DNA of 64,000 nucleotides, from positions 4,535-68,534 of the forward strand of contig CAZAXY010000005.1 in the NCBI GenBank assembly GCA_964489125.1. Direction: 5' to 3'. The stretch is from an uncultured Saprospiraceae bacterium. Lineage in GTDB: Bacteria; Bacteroidota; Bacteroidia; Chitinophagales; Saprospiraceae. Both the position numbers and the translations under genes were made by a program. Below the pieces are notes generated by a model. That model searched no databases, was not told the origin of the DNA, and worked only from the letters and a program-made list of their open reading frames with translations. Positions 19,226-28,091 of this stretch are shown here, piece after piece (the first letter of the stretch is position 1; the number at the start of each line of letters is the position of its first letter).

Positions 19226-19321
19226 ATCAACATTTGTTCCAATTATGTGATTTAATCCACATTATTCGTTCCAATAGTGTGATTTAATTCACATTATTCG
19301 TTCCAATAGTGTGATTTGTCG
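19226..19321. repeat. About 2.9 tandem copies of a 32 bp unit, each junction forming a palindrome AATAGTGTGA-tttaat-TCACATTATT
   Basis: Units 19258-19289 and 19290-19321 are identical over their first 28 nt. Unit 19226-19257 matches 23/32 by hand alignment. The array starts 21 nt upstream of the AAA ATPase start. Confidence 0.85.
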
Positions 19322-19416
19322 GTTTGATGATAACATCCCATGACGAGCAAAAGCAAAGTTTCTGTCGTCAGACTGATAAGTTGGCACAATGTTGTTAACA
19401 TATTACAATTTATTAT

Positions 19417-19424
19417 TATATTTG
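19417..19424 (+). promoter_or_regulatory. Candidate Bacteroidota -7 promoter box (TATATTTG) for the T9SS cargo gene
   Basis: Exact TAnnTTTG match about 90 nt upstream of ATG 19514. Confidence 0.3.
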
Positions 19425-19513
19425 TGCTTGTGTTCCCACAGACTTCCCAAAAATAGCAGTAAAGCAAAGGCACTTAATCGTGCCTGATTAGATGACTTTA
19501 TAAGGCTATTAAG

Positions 19514-22285
19514 ATGAAAACGATTTTACCAGTATGGTTACTACTATACTTGTCATGCCTGACTAATATAAATGGTCAAACGGCCTGTGATTCTACCCTA
19601 GCAGGGCTCACCGTCAATTTGAGTTTAGGATCTAGTTGTCAGTTGACTATTGACACTGCCTCAGCTCGGAATCTAATTACTGGTGCGCTACCAGATCTCA
19701 CCTACAACCCAATTGTAGTTACTGAATCAGGCGATACAGTTTTTAATAACACCTTGCTCCCTGAGCACATAGGTCAAACTCTTAACATAACAATTACTGG
19801 CTCTGGATGTCCTATTAATACCAGTGGAGGAATCGGCGCCTGGGCAATGATCAATCTTGAAGACAAAATAGCACCAGAGATTACCTGTACTGATACGACG
19901 CTATCATGCATAGATTTCTTTTTCTTCAGAGAAACTGGTGGCAAGGTCCACGAGTGCGATCTCGACACGGTACAAACCGTACTGTTAGACTTTGAATCCG
20001 CTTGTGGCACTCCAGATGAAGACGATATTGCGACCATCGCTAATCGCATATTTAGAGCGTCAGATAATAGTGGAAATAGCGATACCTGCACGCAACAGAT
20101 CAGAGTTAGAAGACTTGAGGAAGATGATATTACATTTCCCCCTAGTGATTTGTCATTTTCATGTGATCTCCTCGGCAATTTGACTAATCCAGATGGTAGT
20201 CTAATCGCTCCCGACTTAGACCTAGTGGGTACTGATCCCAATGATCTCGCTCTCACATCTCTATATCAATTTGGTGTACCTACAGGCAACGGTGCTTCAT
20301 TCTTTGGAAACAACTTCAGAGAGTGTAGAGTACGTGCGAGATTTCAAGATCTACCCCCAGACACAATCAATAACAATACTGTCAGATACAACAGATTCTG
20401 GACAGTTACTGAGTGGTCTTGCGACAACGAAGAAGTGGAATACACAAGTGTGCAGACAATTATATTCAATCAAGATGGCAGTGCTGATTTCTCATTTGCT
20501 CAGGACACTTTGATTTTTGATTTGGATCCTGATAATTGTTCCATAGTTGTCCCAATAACCCAATTAGGAATCATTAGCATGGGTGATGGGTGCTTCGCTG
20601 ATCCAACGCTCAACTTTGAAATCTTGGCACCATTCACGACCAATAGTCCAAGCAATGACACGACACTATTTATAGGTGTAGCGGATACTTCCACAGTTAC
20701 CATACGATCATACGATACCAATGGATCATCTGAGACGAGATCACTAACTGTCATTACAAGAGACAATACAAGGCCAGTAGCAATATGCTACGGTGCTCTC
20801 GATGTATCGCTGACTAATGTAAGTGAAGTAAGCATACCTATATCGAGCTTTAACGTAGGATCATTTGATGCGTGCGATGGCAACGTCAGCTTTGCGGCAC
20901 GCAAAATGACCGTAGACACTTTCAGTACGGATAAGATCACTTTTGATTGTTCTGATGGAACAGAGGCCATGGTTCAGTTCAGAGTCACTGATGACAATGG
21001 ATTGAATAGTCTATGTATGACCGTAGTAACAATAGATACTATAGGATCGGCTTGTAATGTTATCCCGATGACAAGCACAAGTAATGTGACAAGTATAAGT
21101 GGCTTTGTAAGACATTTAGATCGTCAACCTCTTGATCGCACTGAAGTTATCATCGAAAACCTCACTGGGCTCACCACTACGACCAATAAGGAGGGTTTCT
21201 TCGAACTTGATAGCATACCAATCGGCACGGATGTGAATATTACGCCTGTCCTAAATGACAACCCTCTGCTGGGCATTACCACGCTTGATATCATCTTGCT
21301 TCAGCAACACCTATTAGGATTAGATGAACTTGATAATCCATATCAAATTATCGCAGGAGATGTAAATGTGAATGGTTCACTCGACGCAGCTGACTTAATT
21401 GAAATTCGGAGATTAATATTGGGCAGCACTTCCGAATTTAGATCCGCCAATAGCTATTCATTTATTCCAGAGACGCTCAGTTTTATCAACCCATTTGATC
21501 CATTCGAAAATGGTCAAATCTTAGGATTGTCAACAACTCTAAACAATAATGACGATGCAATCAACTTCAGTGCCGTCAAGATGGGTGATGTAAATCAGAG
21601 CTACCTTGAAGCTGATCAGCGCAGTAGCCAGACAATCACTGTGGAGTATGAAGTTGTAGAGATGGGTAGGTACATAGAGTTAAATATTAAAGCCAAGCAA
21701 GATATAGACATACTCGGACTTCAAACCACTCTACAGTTTAACCCGGAACTACTCCAACTCATGAAAATTGGATCTAACAACATCGGATTGAAATCAGACC
21801 ACTACAATGATAGCCATACTGATGAGGGCATCATCCCAATAAGCTGGAATGAGCTATTACCACGGGCGGTAAAGGAAGGAGAGGTTATATTCAGAGCAAC
21901 ATTTGAGCGGATGTATGATGACGAAGTAATATTTGCTTTCAACTCATCTCATATGGCATCTGAGTTGTATCAAGAGCATGATCGATATCAACTTCGTTTA
22001 GAAAAAGGAGCAGAAGCTATCGGAGAAAATTTTACGGTATTTCAGAATGCTCCTAACCCTTGGGCATCCAGTACTGCTATCGAGTTTAATATCCCAACGA
22101 ATGGAGAAGTAGAGCTCAACATATATGACACTGCAATGAATAAGTTGGTAAACAAGACAGCATATTTTGATGCAGGCAAGAACAGTTTCTCAGTAGACTA
22201 CAGTGATCTCGGGTCTACCGGAATTTATATCTATGAGATCGTCCACGGAGACCAGCTCAGAGTCTCCAAAATGACTAAGTTATAA
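19514..22285 (+). CDS. Large secreted modular protein with dockerin-like and cohesin-like modules and a T9SS C-terminal sorting domain
   Basis: Signal peptide. Dockerin-like GDVNVNGSLDAADLIEIRRLILG preceded by GITTLDIILLQQHLLG. CTD: FQNAPNPWASSTAIEFNIPTNGEVELNIYD...GIYIYEI. Confidence 0.8.
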   Translation: MKTILPVWLLLYLSCLTNINGQTACDSTLAGLTVNLSLGSSCQLTIDTASARNLITGALPDLTYNPIVVTESGDTVFNNTLLPEHIGQTLNITITGSGCPINTSGGIGAWAMINLEDKIAPEITCTDTTLSCIDFFFFRETGGKVHECDLDTVQTVLLDFESACGTPDEDDIATIANRIFRASDNSGNSDTCTQQIRVRRLEEDDITFPPSDLSFSCDLLGNLTNPDGSLIAPDLDLVGTDPNDLALTSLYQFGVPTGNGASFFGNNFRECRVRARFQDLPPDTINNNTVRYNRFWTVTEWSCDNEEVEYTSVQTIIFNQDGSADFSFAQDTLIFDLDPDNCSIVVPITQLGIISMGDGCFADPTLNFEILAPFTTNSPSNDTTLFIGVADTSTVTIRSYDTNGSSETRSLTVITRDNTRPVAICYGALDVSLTNVSEVSIPISSFNVGSFDACDGNVSFAARKMTVDTFSTDKITFDCSDGTEAMVQFRVTDDNGLNSLCMTVVTIDTIGSACNVIPMTSTSNVTSISGFVRHLDRQPLDRTEVIIENLTGLTTTTNKEGFFELDSIPIGTDVNITPVLNDNPLLGITTLDIILLQQHLLGLDELDNPYQIIAGDVNVNGSLDAADLIEIRRLILGSTSEFRSANSYSFIPETLSFINPFDPFENGQILGLSTTLNNNDDAINFSAVKMGDVNQSYLEADQRSSQTITVEYEVVEMGRYIELNIKAKQDIDILGLQTTLQFNPELLQLMKIGSNNIGLKSDHYNDSHTDEGIIPISWNELLPRAVKEGEVIFRATFERMYDDEVIFAFNSSHMASELYQEHDRYQLRLEKGAEAIGENFTVFQNAPNPWASSTAIEFNIPTNGEVELNIYDTAMNKLVNKTAYFDAGKNSFSVDYSDLGSTGIYIYEIVHGDQLRVSKMTKL

Positions 22286-22304
22286 ACCCATCTATATATT
22301 CGAT

Positions 22305-22342
22305 AAAAAGCCTGATCCGCATCTGCGGATTAGGCTTTTTTG
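22305..22342. terminator. Bidirectional rho-independent terminator between convergent genes
   Basis: aaaaagcctgatccgc / atct / gcggattaggcttttttg. An 11 bp stem (one G-U pair) flanked by an A-run and a T-run. Confidence 0.8.
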
Positions 22343-22345
22343 TTT

Positions 22346-22864
22346 TTACAGTAATAATGGACTAAAAAGTTCATCCAGATATGCTTCACGTGTTGTATTG
22401 TTATAGAGATCTCTACATCCTCTCAAAGTCCCACTTCTCATAATACTCCCCCAGATGCCCGCATCAGTGCACTGATCATTGTGATCTCTGAACAAATAAC
22501 AATGACCTAACTCGTGAAATACAACAAACTCCCTAATCAAATCCGAAGTCTGATCCCAAAAAATTTCATCAATAACAATTTCCTTAGGACTTAAGCGATG
22601 AGTCCCATAAGTGCAGGTGCCCGCTATATTCTCTTCACTAATTTCTTCAATGGTTGCGGTTATTCTCGATATGCTCAAGTCAATATCTAACCCTCTTTGT
22701 ATTGCGGCAGCCTCAAAATTGATAAAATGAGGAATCAACAATGGATCTATACCAGGCCAATTTCGACCGATCGCAGCCTCTGTTTCATCAGGGGTTAATA
22801 AGAATGAATCATCTTGACAAGCAATAATTAAAATAAGGGCATAAATAATCAATAGGTAGCGCAT
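22346..22864 (-). CDS. Small lipoprotein zinc metalloprotease (HExxHxxxxxDH, snapalysin/metzincin-like)
   Basis: Lipobox LIIAC. Motif VVFHELGHCYLFRDHND. Confidence 0.6.
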   Translation of the reverse strand: MRYLLIIYALILIIACQDDSFLLTPDETEAAIGRNWPGIDPLLIPHFINFEAAAIQRGLDIDLSISRITATIEEISEENIAGTCTYGTHRLSPKEIVIDEIFWDQTSDLIREFVVFHELGHCYLFRDHNDQCTDAGIWGSIMRSGTLRGCRDLYNNTTREAYLDELFSPLLL

Positions 22865-22962
22865 AAATAAAAAGATTTCACATGAGCATATCGTAGTAGT
22901 GCGCTATAGGATAGGATTAGATCAGAAGAACAGTTCTGATCATCTCGCTATTATTGACCTTC

Positions 22963-24288
22963 CTAAAGTTTAGAAATATTTAACGGCAAGTTATCCTTAG
23001 GGGTTTTTAGTGGGACATCTTGAACTGGGGCTTCATAGTCAGAGCTACAGCTGAGTCTATAACCCTGCAGTAATTGAATCATCACCAACTTAATCTGCAT
23101 CTCAGCGAATGAATAGCCGATGCAGTGATGAGGCCCGGCACCAAATGGAGCATAGGCATATGGGCATTTCATATGCTCTTTGCGCTGAGCACTAAATCGC
23201 TCAGGATCAAACTCATCAGGATTAGTCCAAATTCGCTCATCGTTGTGGGATAGGTGAAATGAACATGACACCAGCGTATCCTTGGGTATCATCACGCCTT
23301 CGACCTCCATTTCTTGAGAAGATTTGCGAGCGACCATTGTAAGCGGAGGATGTACTCTAAGCGTTTCCTTGAGCACGTCAGAGAGTGTGGTAAATTCTCT
23401 CAAGTCTGCTATGCTAAGACGGTCACTATCTACCCCTTTAATCTCTTCACGAACTCGGCGCTGCCAGTCAGGATACTTTGCTAAAAAGTAGCTTATCCAT
23501 GTCAAGGTAATAGCCGTGGTATCATGTGAGGCCATTAATACAAATATTAGGTGATCGATGATCTCCACATCTGTAAATGATTTTCCTTCTTCATTTTTGG
23601 CTACACAAAACTTGCTAAACAGATCTTCTCCAGGATTTTGGCGGCGCTCTTGAATAATAGAAGCAAAATATTTTTTGAGAAACTTGCGACCATTGATACC
23701 CTTACGATATTTAGTGAAAGGTAGATTCACAGGTAATGCTGCCGCAGCAGCAACAATATCACTTATGGCTCGATTGATCTTAGTTAAATCTTGATCTGGA
23801 CTAATCGCAAAGAATACCTGAGTGGCTAAGCTAAGTGTCAGGTTCTTATAATATGGGAACATCTCGCAGCTACCATCGGCTGGCAACTTCATCATCTGAT
23901 TTCTAATGATTTTAGGCATTAGAGACAGATAGCCCCGCATTGGTTCTTTCTTAAATGCATCGTGCATGATGCTCCGATGATACTTGTGTTCGTCTCCGTC
24001 CATCAGCATGAGGCTATTCGGGAATAGATCGCCCAAGCCTGCTTCCCAGGCTTCTTTACTCTCAAAGCTCTTTGCATCCTTGACCAGAATCTTCTTGTTA
24101 GTATCTACTCCACCTAATACAACCTGTGAGTCCATCCCGATCCTGACTTTGAAGACATCACCGTAGGTGCTCTTAAACTCAGTGAAGAACCTGGAGGCAT
24201 CGCTAATAAATGACTTGAAATCATGAAAAGGATAATTTCTCTTTCTCCCGGGTATGTGCTTTAATTCCTTAGCCTTGCTGAAAGCCAT
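22963..24288 (-). CDS. Cytochrome P450
   Basis: Heme-thiolate loop FGAGPHHCIG, I-helix LMASHDTTA, and ExxR (ETLRVHPP). Confidence 0.9.
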   Translation of the reverse strand: MAFSKAKELKHIPGRKRNYPFHDFKSFISDASRFFTEFKSTYGDVFKVRIGMDSQVVLGGVDTNKKILVKDAKSFESKEAWEAGLGDLFPNSLMLMDGDEHKYHRSIMHDAFKKEPMRGYLSLMPKIIRNQMMKLPADGSCEMFPYYKNLTLSLATQVFFAISPDQDLTKINRAISDIVAAAAALPVNLPFTKYRKGINGRKFLKKYFASIIQERRQNPGEDLFSKFCVAKNEEGKSFTDVEIIDHLIFVLMASHDTTAITLTWISYFLAKYPDWQRRVREEIKGVDSDRLSIADLREFTTLSDVLKETLRVHPPLTMVARKSSQEMEVEGVMIPKDTLVSCSFHLSHNDERIWTNPDEFDPERFSAQRKEHMKCPYAYAPFGAGPHHCIGYSFAEMQIKLVMIQLLQGYRLSCSSDYEAPVQDVPLKTPKDNLPLNISKL

Positions 24289-24385
24289 AATTTATTCTTT
24301 CATAGGTTGCATTCTATAATGTTATTAGCTGAGCCTGTTCTAATGCAAATTTATATTTTTAAGAGATAAAATAATCCATTGTAAC

Positions 24386-26056
24386 ATGTCTCAGACTCAT
24401 AAGGTACTTATTGATTTATTCTATGATTTAGAGAAAACCAATGCTAAGGATGTCTATCTCCGCCAACCATTTGGATCAAAATGGGAGGAATATACATATG
24501 CTGAAGTAGGACAGATGGCTCGCAAGGTTGCGGCTTATCTAAAGTCTTTAAATCTTCCTCCTCAATCCAATATAGGTCTCATCTCTAAAAACTGTCGAGA
24601 ATGGATCATCACTGATTTGGCCATCATGATGTCTGGTCATGTATCGGTACCACTCTATGCGACGCTCACTGAGGACACCCTTGGCGATGTTCTTAATATC
24701 GGAGATGTCAAGATGCTATTTGTTGGTAAACTAGATAACTGGGATATGATGAAAGCTGGAGTGCCCACTGAGATGCCTGTCGTTAAGTTTCCTCAATATC
24801 CTCAACAAGCAATAATAGATCGTGGTGCTGACTGGCAACATATCCTTGATAATCACGAGCCTATCTCTGACAACCCTGTTCCAGATCCTAGCGATCTATG
24901 GACCATAGTATTCACCTCAGGTACTACTGGCACTCCAAAAGGGGTTATGCATTCTTACCAAATTCTGACTAACGCTACCGAGTATACTCTGGCAAAAAAT
25001 AATCTCAAAATGGAGAAAGACAACAATCGCTTTTTCTCCTATCTCCCTCTCAACCATATTGCGGAGCGTATGGCTGTGGAGGCACAAAGTTTTTATTGGG
25101 GTGGAAGTATATCCTTCCCAGAAAGCCTAGCATCATTCGGTGATAATCTGAGAGAGACCAGGCCCACTATCTTCTTCGGGGTTCCTCGGATATATACTAA
25201 ACTCCAGCTGGGCATACTCGCCAGAATGCCACAAAAGAGGCTTGATCGACTCTCTAAGATTCCTATAGTGGGAGGATTAATAAAAAATAAGATTAAAAAG
25301 GGGCTCGGTCTGGATGCCGCCCGTGTGATGCTCGTCGGTGCAGCACCTATGTCTAAGCAAGATAAGCTCTGGTGGAAAAACCTCGGCATGCCCATTAGTG
25401 AGGGATATGGTATGACGGAGAACCTAGGTGTTGCCACCTTCATGCCGGCAGATGTCGATAAGCCTGGATCTATAGGCAAGTTTTATGATGGTACAGAAGC
25501 ACGAATAGACCCAGACACTCAAGAAATTCAGACTAAGAGTCCATGGAACATGCTCGGATACTACAAGAATCCTCAAAAGACTGAGGAGGTCCTTAAAGGA
25601 GGATGGTTGCATACAGGTGATCAGGGTAGAATTGATCAAGATGGATATGTTTATCTGACAGGACGGGTAAAGGATACCTTTAAGACAGCCAAGGGACAGT
25701 ATGTTGTCCCAGCACCATTAGAATTCAAATTTGCAGACAATATGGATATCGAACAGATCTGTATCTGTGGTTTGGGGTTGCCACAACCAATAGCACTAGT
25801 AGTACCATCAGAAATCGGCAAGGGTAAGTCCAGAGATGAATTGGGCAAATCACTGTCAAATACCTTGACGAAGGCTAATACAGACCTACCCGGTTATAAA
25901 AAGATATCGCATGTGATGGTGGTCAACGAAGACTGGGGCGTAGAGAATAATATCCTTACTCCGACACTCAAGGTGAAACGCACTGAGGTCGATAATAAAT
26001 ATCTGGAAACACTTCATGAGGTCTGTAAATGTGAAGACCTCGTTTATTGGGAATAA
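24386..26056 (+). CDS. Long-chain fatty acid-CoA ligase (AMP-binding family)
   Basis: AMP motif FTSGTTGTPKGV, GWLHTGDQGRIDQDGYVYLTGRVKD and PTLKVKR. Confidence 0.85.
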   Translation: MSQTHKVLIDLFYDLEKTNAKDVYLRQPFGSKWEEYTYAEVGQMARKVAAYLKSLNLPPQSNIGLISKNCREWIITDLAIMMSGHVSVPLYATLTEDTLGDVLNIGDVKMLFVGKLDNWDMMKAGVPTEMPVVKFPQYPQQAIIDRGADWQHILDNHEPISDNPVPDPSDLWTIVFTSGTTGTPKGVMHSYQILTNATEYTLAKNNLKMEKDNNRFFSYLPLNHIAERMAVEAQSFYWGGSISFPESLASFGDNLRETRPTIFFGVPRIYTKLQLGILARMPQKRLDRLSKIPIVGGLIKNKIKKGLGLDAARVMLVGAAPMSKQDKLWWKNLGMPISEGYGMTENLGVATFMPADVDKPGSIGKFYDGTEARIDPDTQEIQTKSPWNMLGYYKNPQKTEEVLKGGWLHTGDQGRIDQDGYVYLTGRVKDTFKTAKGQYVVPAPLEFKFADNMDIEQICICGLGLPQPIALVVPSEIGKGKSRDELGKSLSNTLTKANTDLPGYKKISHVMVVNEDWGVENNILTPTLKVKRTEVDNKYLETLHEVCKCEDLVYWE

Positions 26057-26110
26057 ATTTTATTACAATGCTTTAGGTTAATTAGCATATTTGCATATAA
26101 ATTACGCTGT

Positions 26111-26698
26111 ATGGATAAGTCCATTTTAAACGCCTTAATTGTAGTGTTGCTGATCCTCGTCGGTATTAGCACTCGATTCTTCTTCTTAATAGATGGAGAG
26201 TCGATCCTCCCCAACTTTAGCGCTGTAGGTGCTGTTGCCATATTTGGCGCATGCTATTTTAAGGGCTTTAGTAAATGGATCATTCCATTAGTAATTCTGT
26301 GGGTCAGTGACTTAATCCTCAACAATATATTTTATGCACAGTACTATGAAGGTTTTCAGGTATTCGGTAATCTCTGGGTATATCTCTCGTTTATAGTAGC
26401 TGGGTTGTTGGCGTATAGAGTGATGAGAAAGCCAAGTTGGGGTCGTCTTGCCATGACTGGACTTGGTGCAGGCCTTCTCTTCTTCTTGATCAGCAATTTT
26501 GGAGTTTGGATGAGTGGAACGCTATACCCTAAGACACTGGCAGGGCTCTTAGCCTGTTATGAAGCGGGTATCCCATTCTTCAGGAACACGGTCTTAGGCA
26601 ATGTCTTTTACTCATTTGTATTAGTTGGCTTGTATGAGTATGTATTTGCTCCAATGCTATCGATTAAAGGGTTTAGGCTTCTATCTTCTACGGCTTAA
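26111..26698 (+). CDS. Integral membrane protein (5-6 TM), function unknown
   Basis: 195 aa, hydrophobic throughout. Confidence 0.55.
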   Translation: MDKSILNALIVVLLILVGISTRFFFLIDGESILPNFSAVGAVAIFGACYFKGFSKWIIPLVILWVSDLILNNIFYAQYYEGFQVFGNLWVYLSFIVAGLLAYRVMRKPSWGRLAMTGLGAGLLFFLISNFGVWMSGTLYPKTLAGLLACYEAGIPFFRNTVLGNVFYSFVLVGLYEYVFAPMLSIKGFRLLSSTA

Positions 26699-26709
26699 AA
26701 ACATAGTCC

Positions 26710-27156
26710 TTAGAATTTCTTCTCTTCTATCTTTTCGATGGCAACCCTCCATTCCTCAGGCATAGTTGACCTCGTCAGCGTATTATAACCATATGGTATA
26801 ATGACCTGCTCAGATATGGCGCTGATCCGTTGATGACGTTGACTAAACACCTTGCACTCCATGATAAACCGATCTTCTCCAATTGACACTGTGCGGCAGC
26901 CAATAATCGCCGTGTCTGGATAAGTCAATGGAAATATGTACTTACAATCTTGATAACCTAAGATCGGGCCTACTCCCTCACTGAACGATAGATCCATCCC
27001 CATCTTAGCAAAGTAGGCAATGCGCACACTCTCACACCAGCGGAGATAATTGACATTGTTAACATGTTGTGCGGCATCCATATCGCCCCACTGAATATCA
27101 TAAGTCATAGTCAACTTGAATTGCGCCAAGTCTTCTTTCATAGGTAGGTGTGCCAT
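26710..27156 (-). CDS. Hotdog-fold acyl-CoA thioesterase (4HBT/YbgC-like)
   Basis: 148 aa. WGDMDAAQHVNNVNYLRWCE is typical of 4HBT thioesterases. Confidence 0.7.
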   Translation of the reverse strand: MAHLPMKEDLAQFKLTMTYDIQWGDMDAAQHVNNVNYLRWCESVRIAYFAKMGMDLSFSEGVGPILGYQDCKYIFPLTYPDTAIIGCRTVSIGEDRFIMECKVFSQRHQRISAISEQVIIPYGYNTLTRSTMPEEWRVAIEKIEEKKF

Positions 27157-27160
27157 AGAT

Positions 27161-27994
27161 TTATTTTGTCCTCGCTAATATCCAATCTTTCAGATCACTG
27201 ATCACCTGATCACGCTCGGGCTCATTGACAAGCTCATGATACAGCCCTTCGTATAGTTTTAATGTTTTGTCGCTTGATTGGCTACGATTATAAAGCTCCT
27301 TGGTCCCTGCAGGGTCAGCTATTTTTTCGGCTGTGCCATGCATCCCGAGATAGGCCAGTGTTAGCTGGTCAAATTTAACTTGGGTTCTTTTTATTGCTGC
27401 CAACAGTTCTGCCGCAAGTCGAGTCCTAAACCCTCCGGTATAGACCAGTGGGTCATTCATATATGCGTCTAGAACATCTGATGATCTGGTCAGCGTCGAT
27501 TTATCGAGAGGCTCCGTCTTAAGCTTAGGCACAATCATGCTAAGTATGGGTGCTAATTTTTGAAGAAAGGGCGACAGATCCTTATCAATTTGTAAAGCGG
27601 CTCCTGATGTTATAAGCCCTGCTAAGGCAGTACTCTCTTGATATGTAATACAGTAGTTTACCGCTATCAACCCTCCCATGCTATGACCGAATAAGAACTG
27701 AGGGATGTTAGATGGTCTATACCGCTGCAATACACTTGACAAGTCATCAGTAAAGTCTACAAACCGATGAACATAAGATTGCAGCCCTCCGGACTTACCA
27801 TGACCTCGATGATCATAGCTATACACTTCGATATTAGCTTCATTTAATGCGTCTGCAACATGACTGTATCTATACCCATGCTCTGCAAACCCGTGCACGA
27901 CAACCAGTTGCGCCACAGGTTCTGGAACAGACCAATGATGTATAAATAGTTCTTGCTGATCCTTGTTAGAGAGAGAGTGTGTCGTGTAAGCCAT
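27161..27994 (-). CDS. Alpha/beta hydrolase (lysophospholipase / monoacylglycerol lipase-like)
   Basis: Nucleophile elbow GHSMGG and HGFAEH. Start moved to MAYTTHSL (the ORF extends to 28054). Confidence 0.75.
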   Translation of the reverse strand: MAYTTHSLSNKDQQELFIHHWSVPEPVAQLVVVHGFAEHGYRYSHVADALNEANIEVYSYDHRGHGKSGGLQSYVHRFVDFTDDLSSVLQRYRPSNIPQFLFGHSMGGLIAVNYCITYQESTALAGLITSGAALQIDKDLSPFLQKLAPILSMIVPKLKTEPLDKSTLTRSSDVLDAYMNDPLVYTGGFRTRLAAELLAAIKRTQVKFDQLTLAYLGMHGTAEKIADPAGTKELYNRSQSSDKTLKLYEGLYHELVNEPERDQVISDLKDWILARTK

Positions 27995-28091
27995 AGCTTT
28001 ATTAATTGAGTAATAAGCGCCCCAATATAGCAAAAGCCACTCATGGGACTCCATGAATGGCTTTGTACATTATTAACTTATGCTATAGTTC

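Noticed and set aside
19226-19321. Considered whether the 32 bp tandem repeats could be a mini CRISPR array.
   Set aside because: The units abut directly with no unique spacers, there are fewer than three full copies, and no cas genes are present. An operator or tandem-repeat interpretation fits better.
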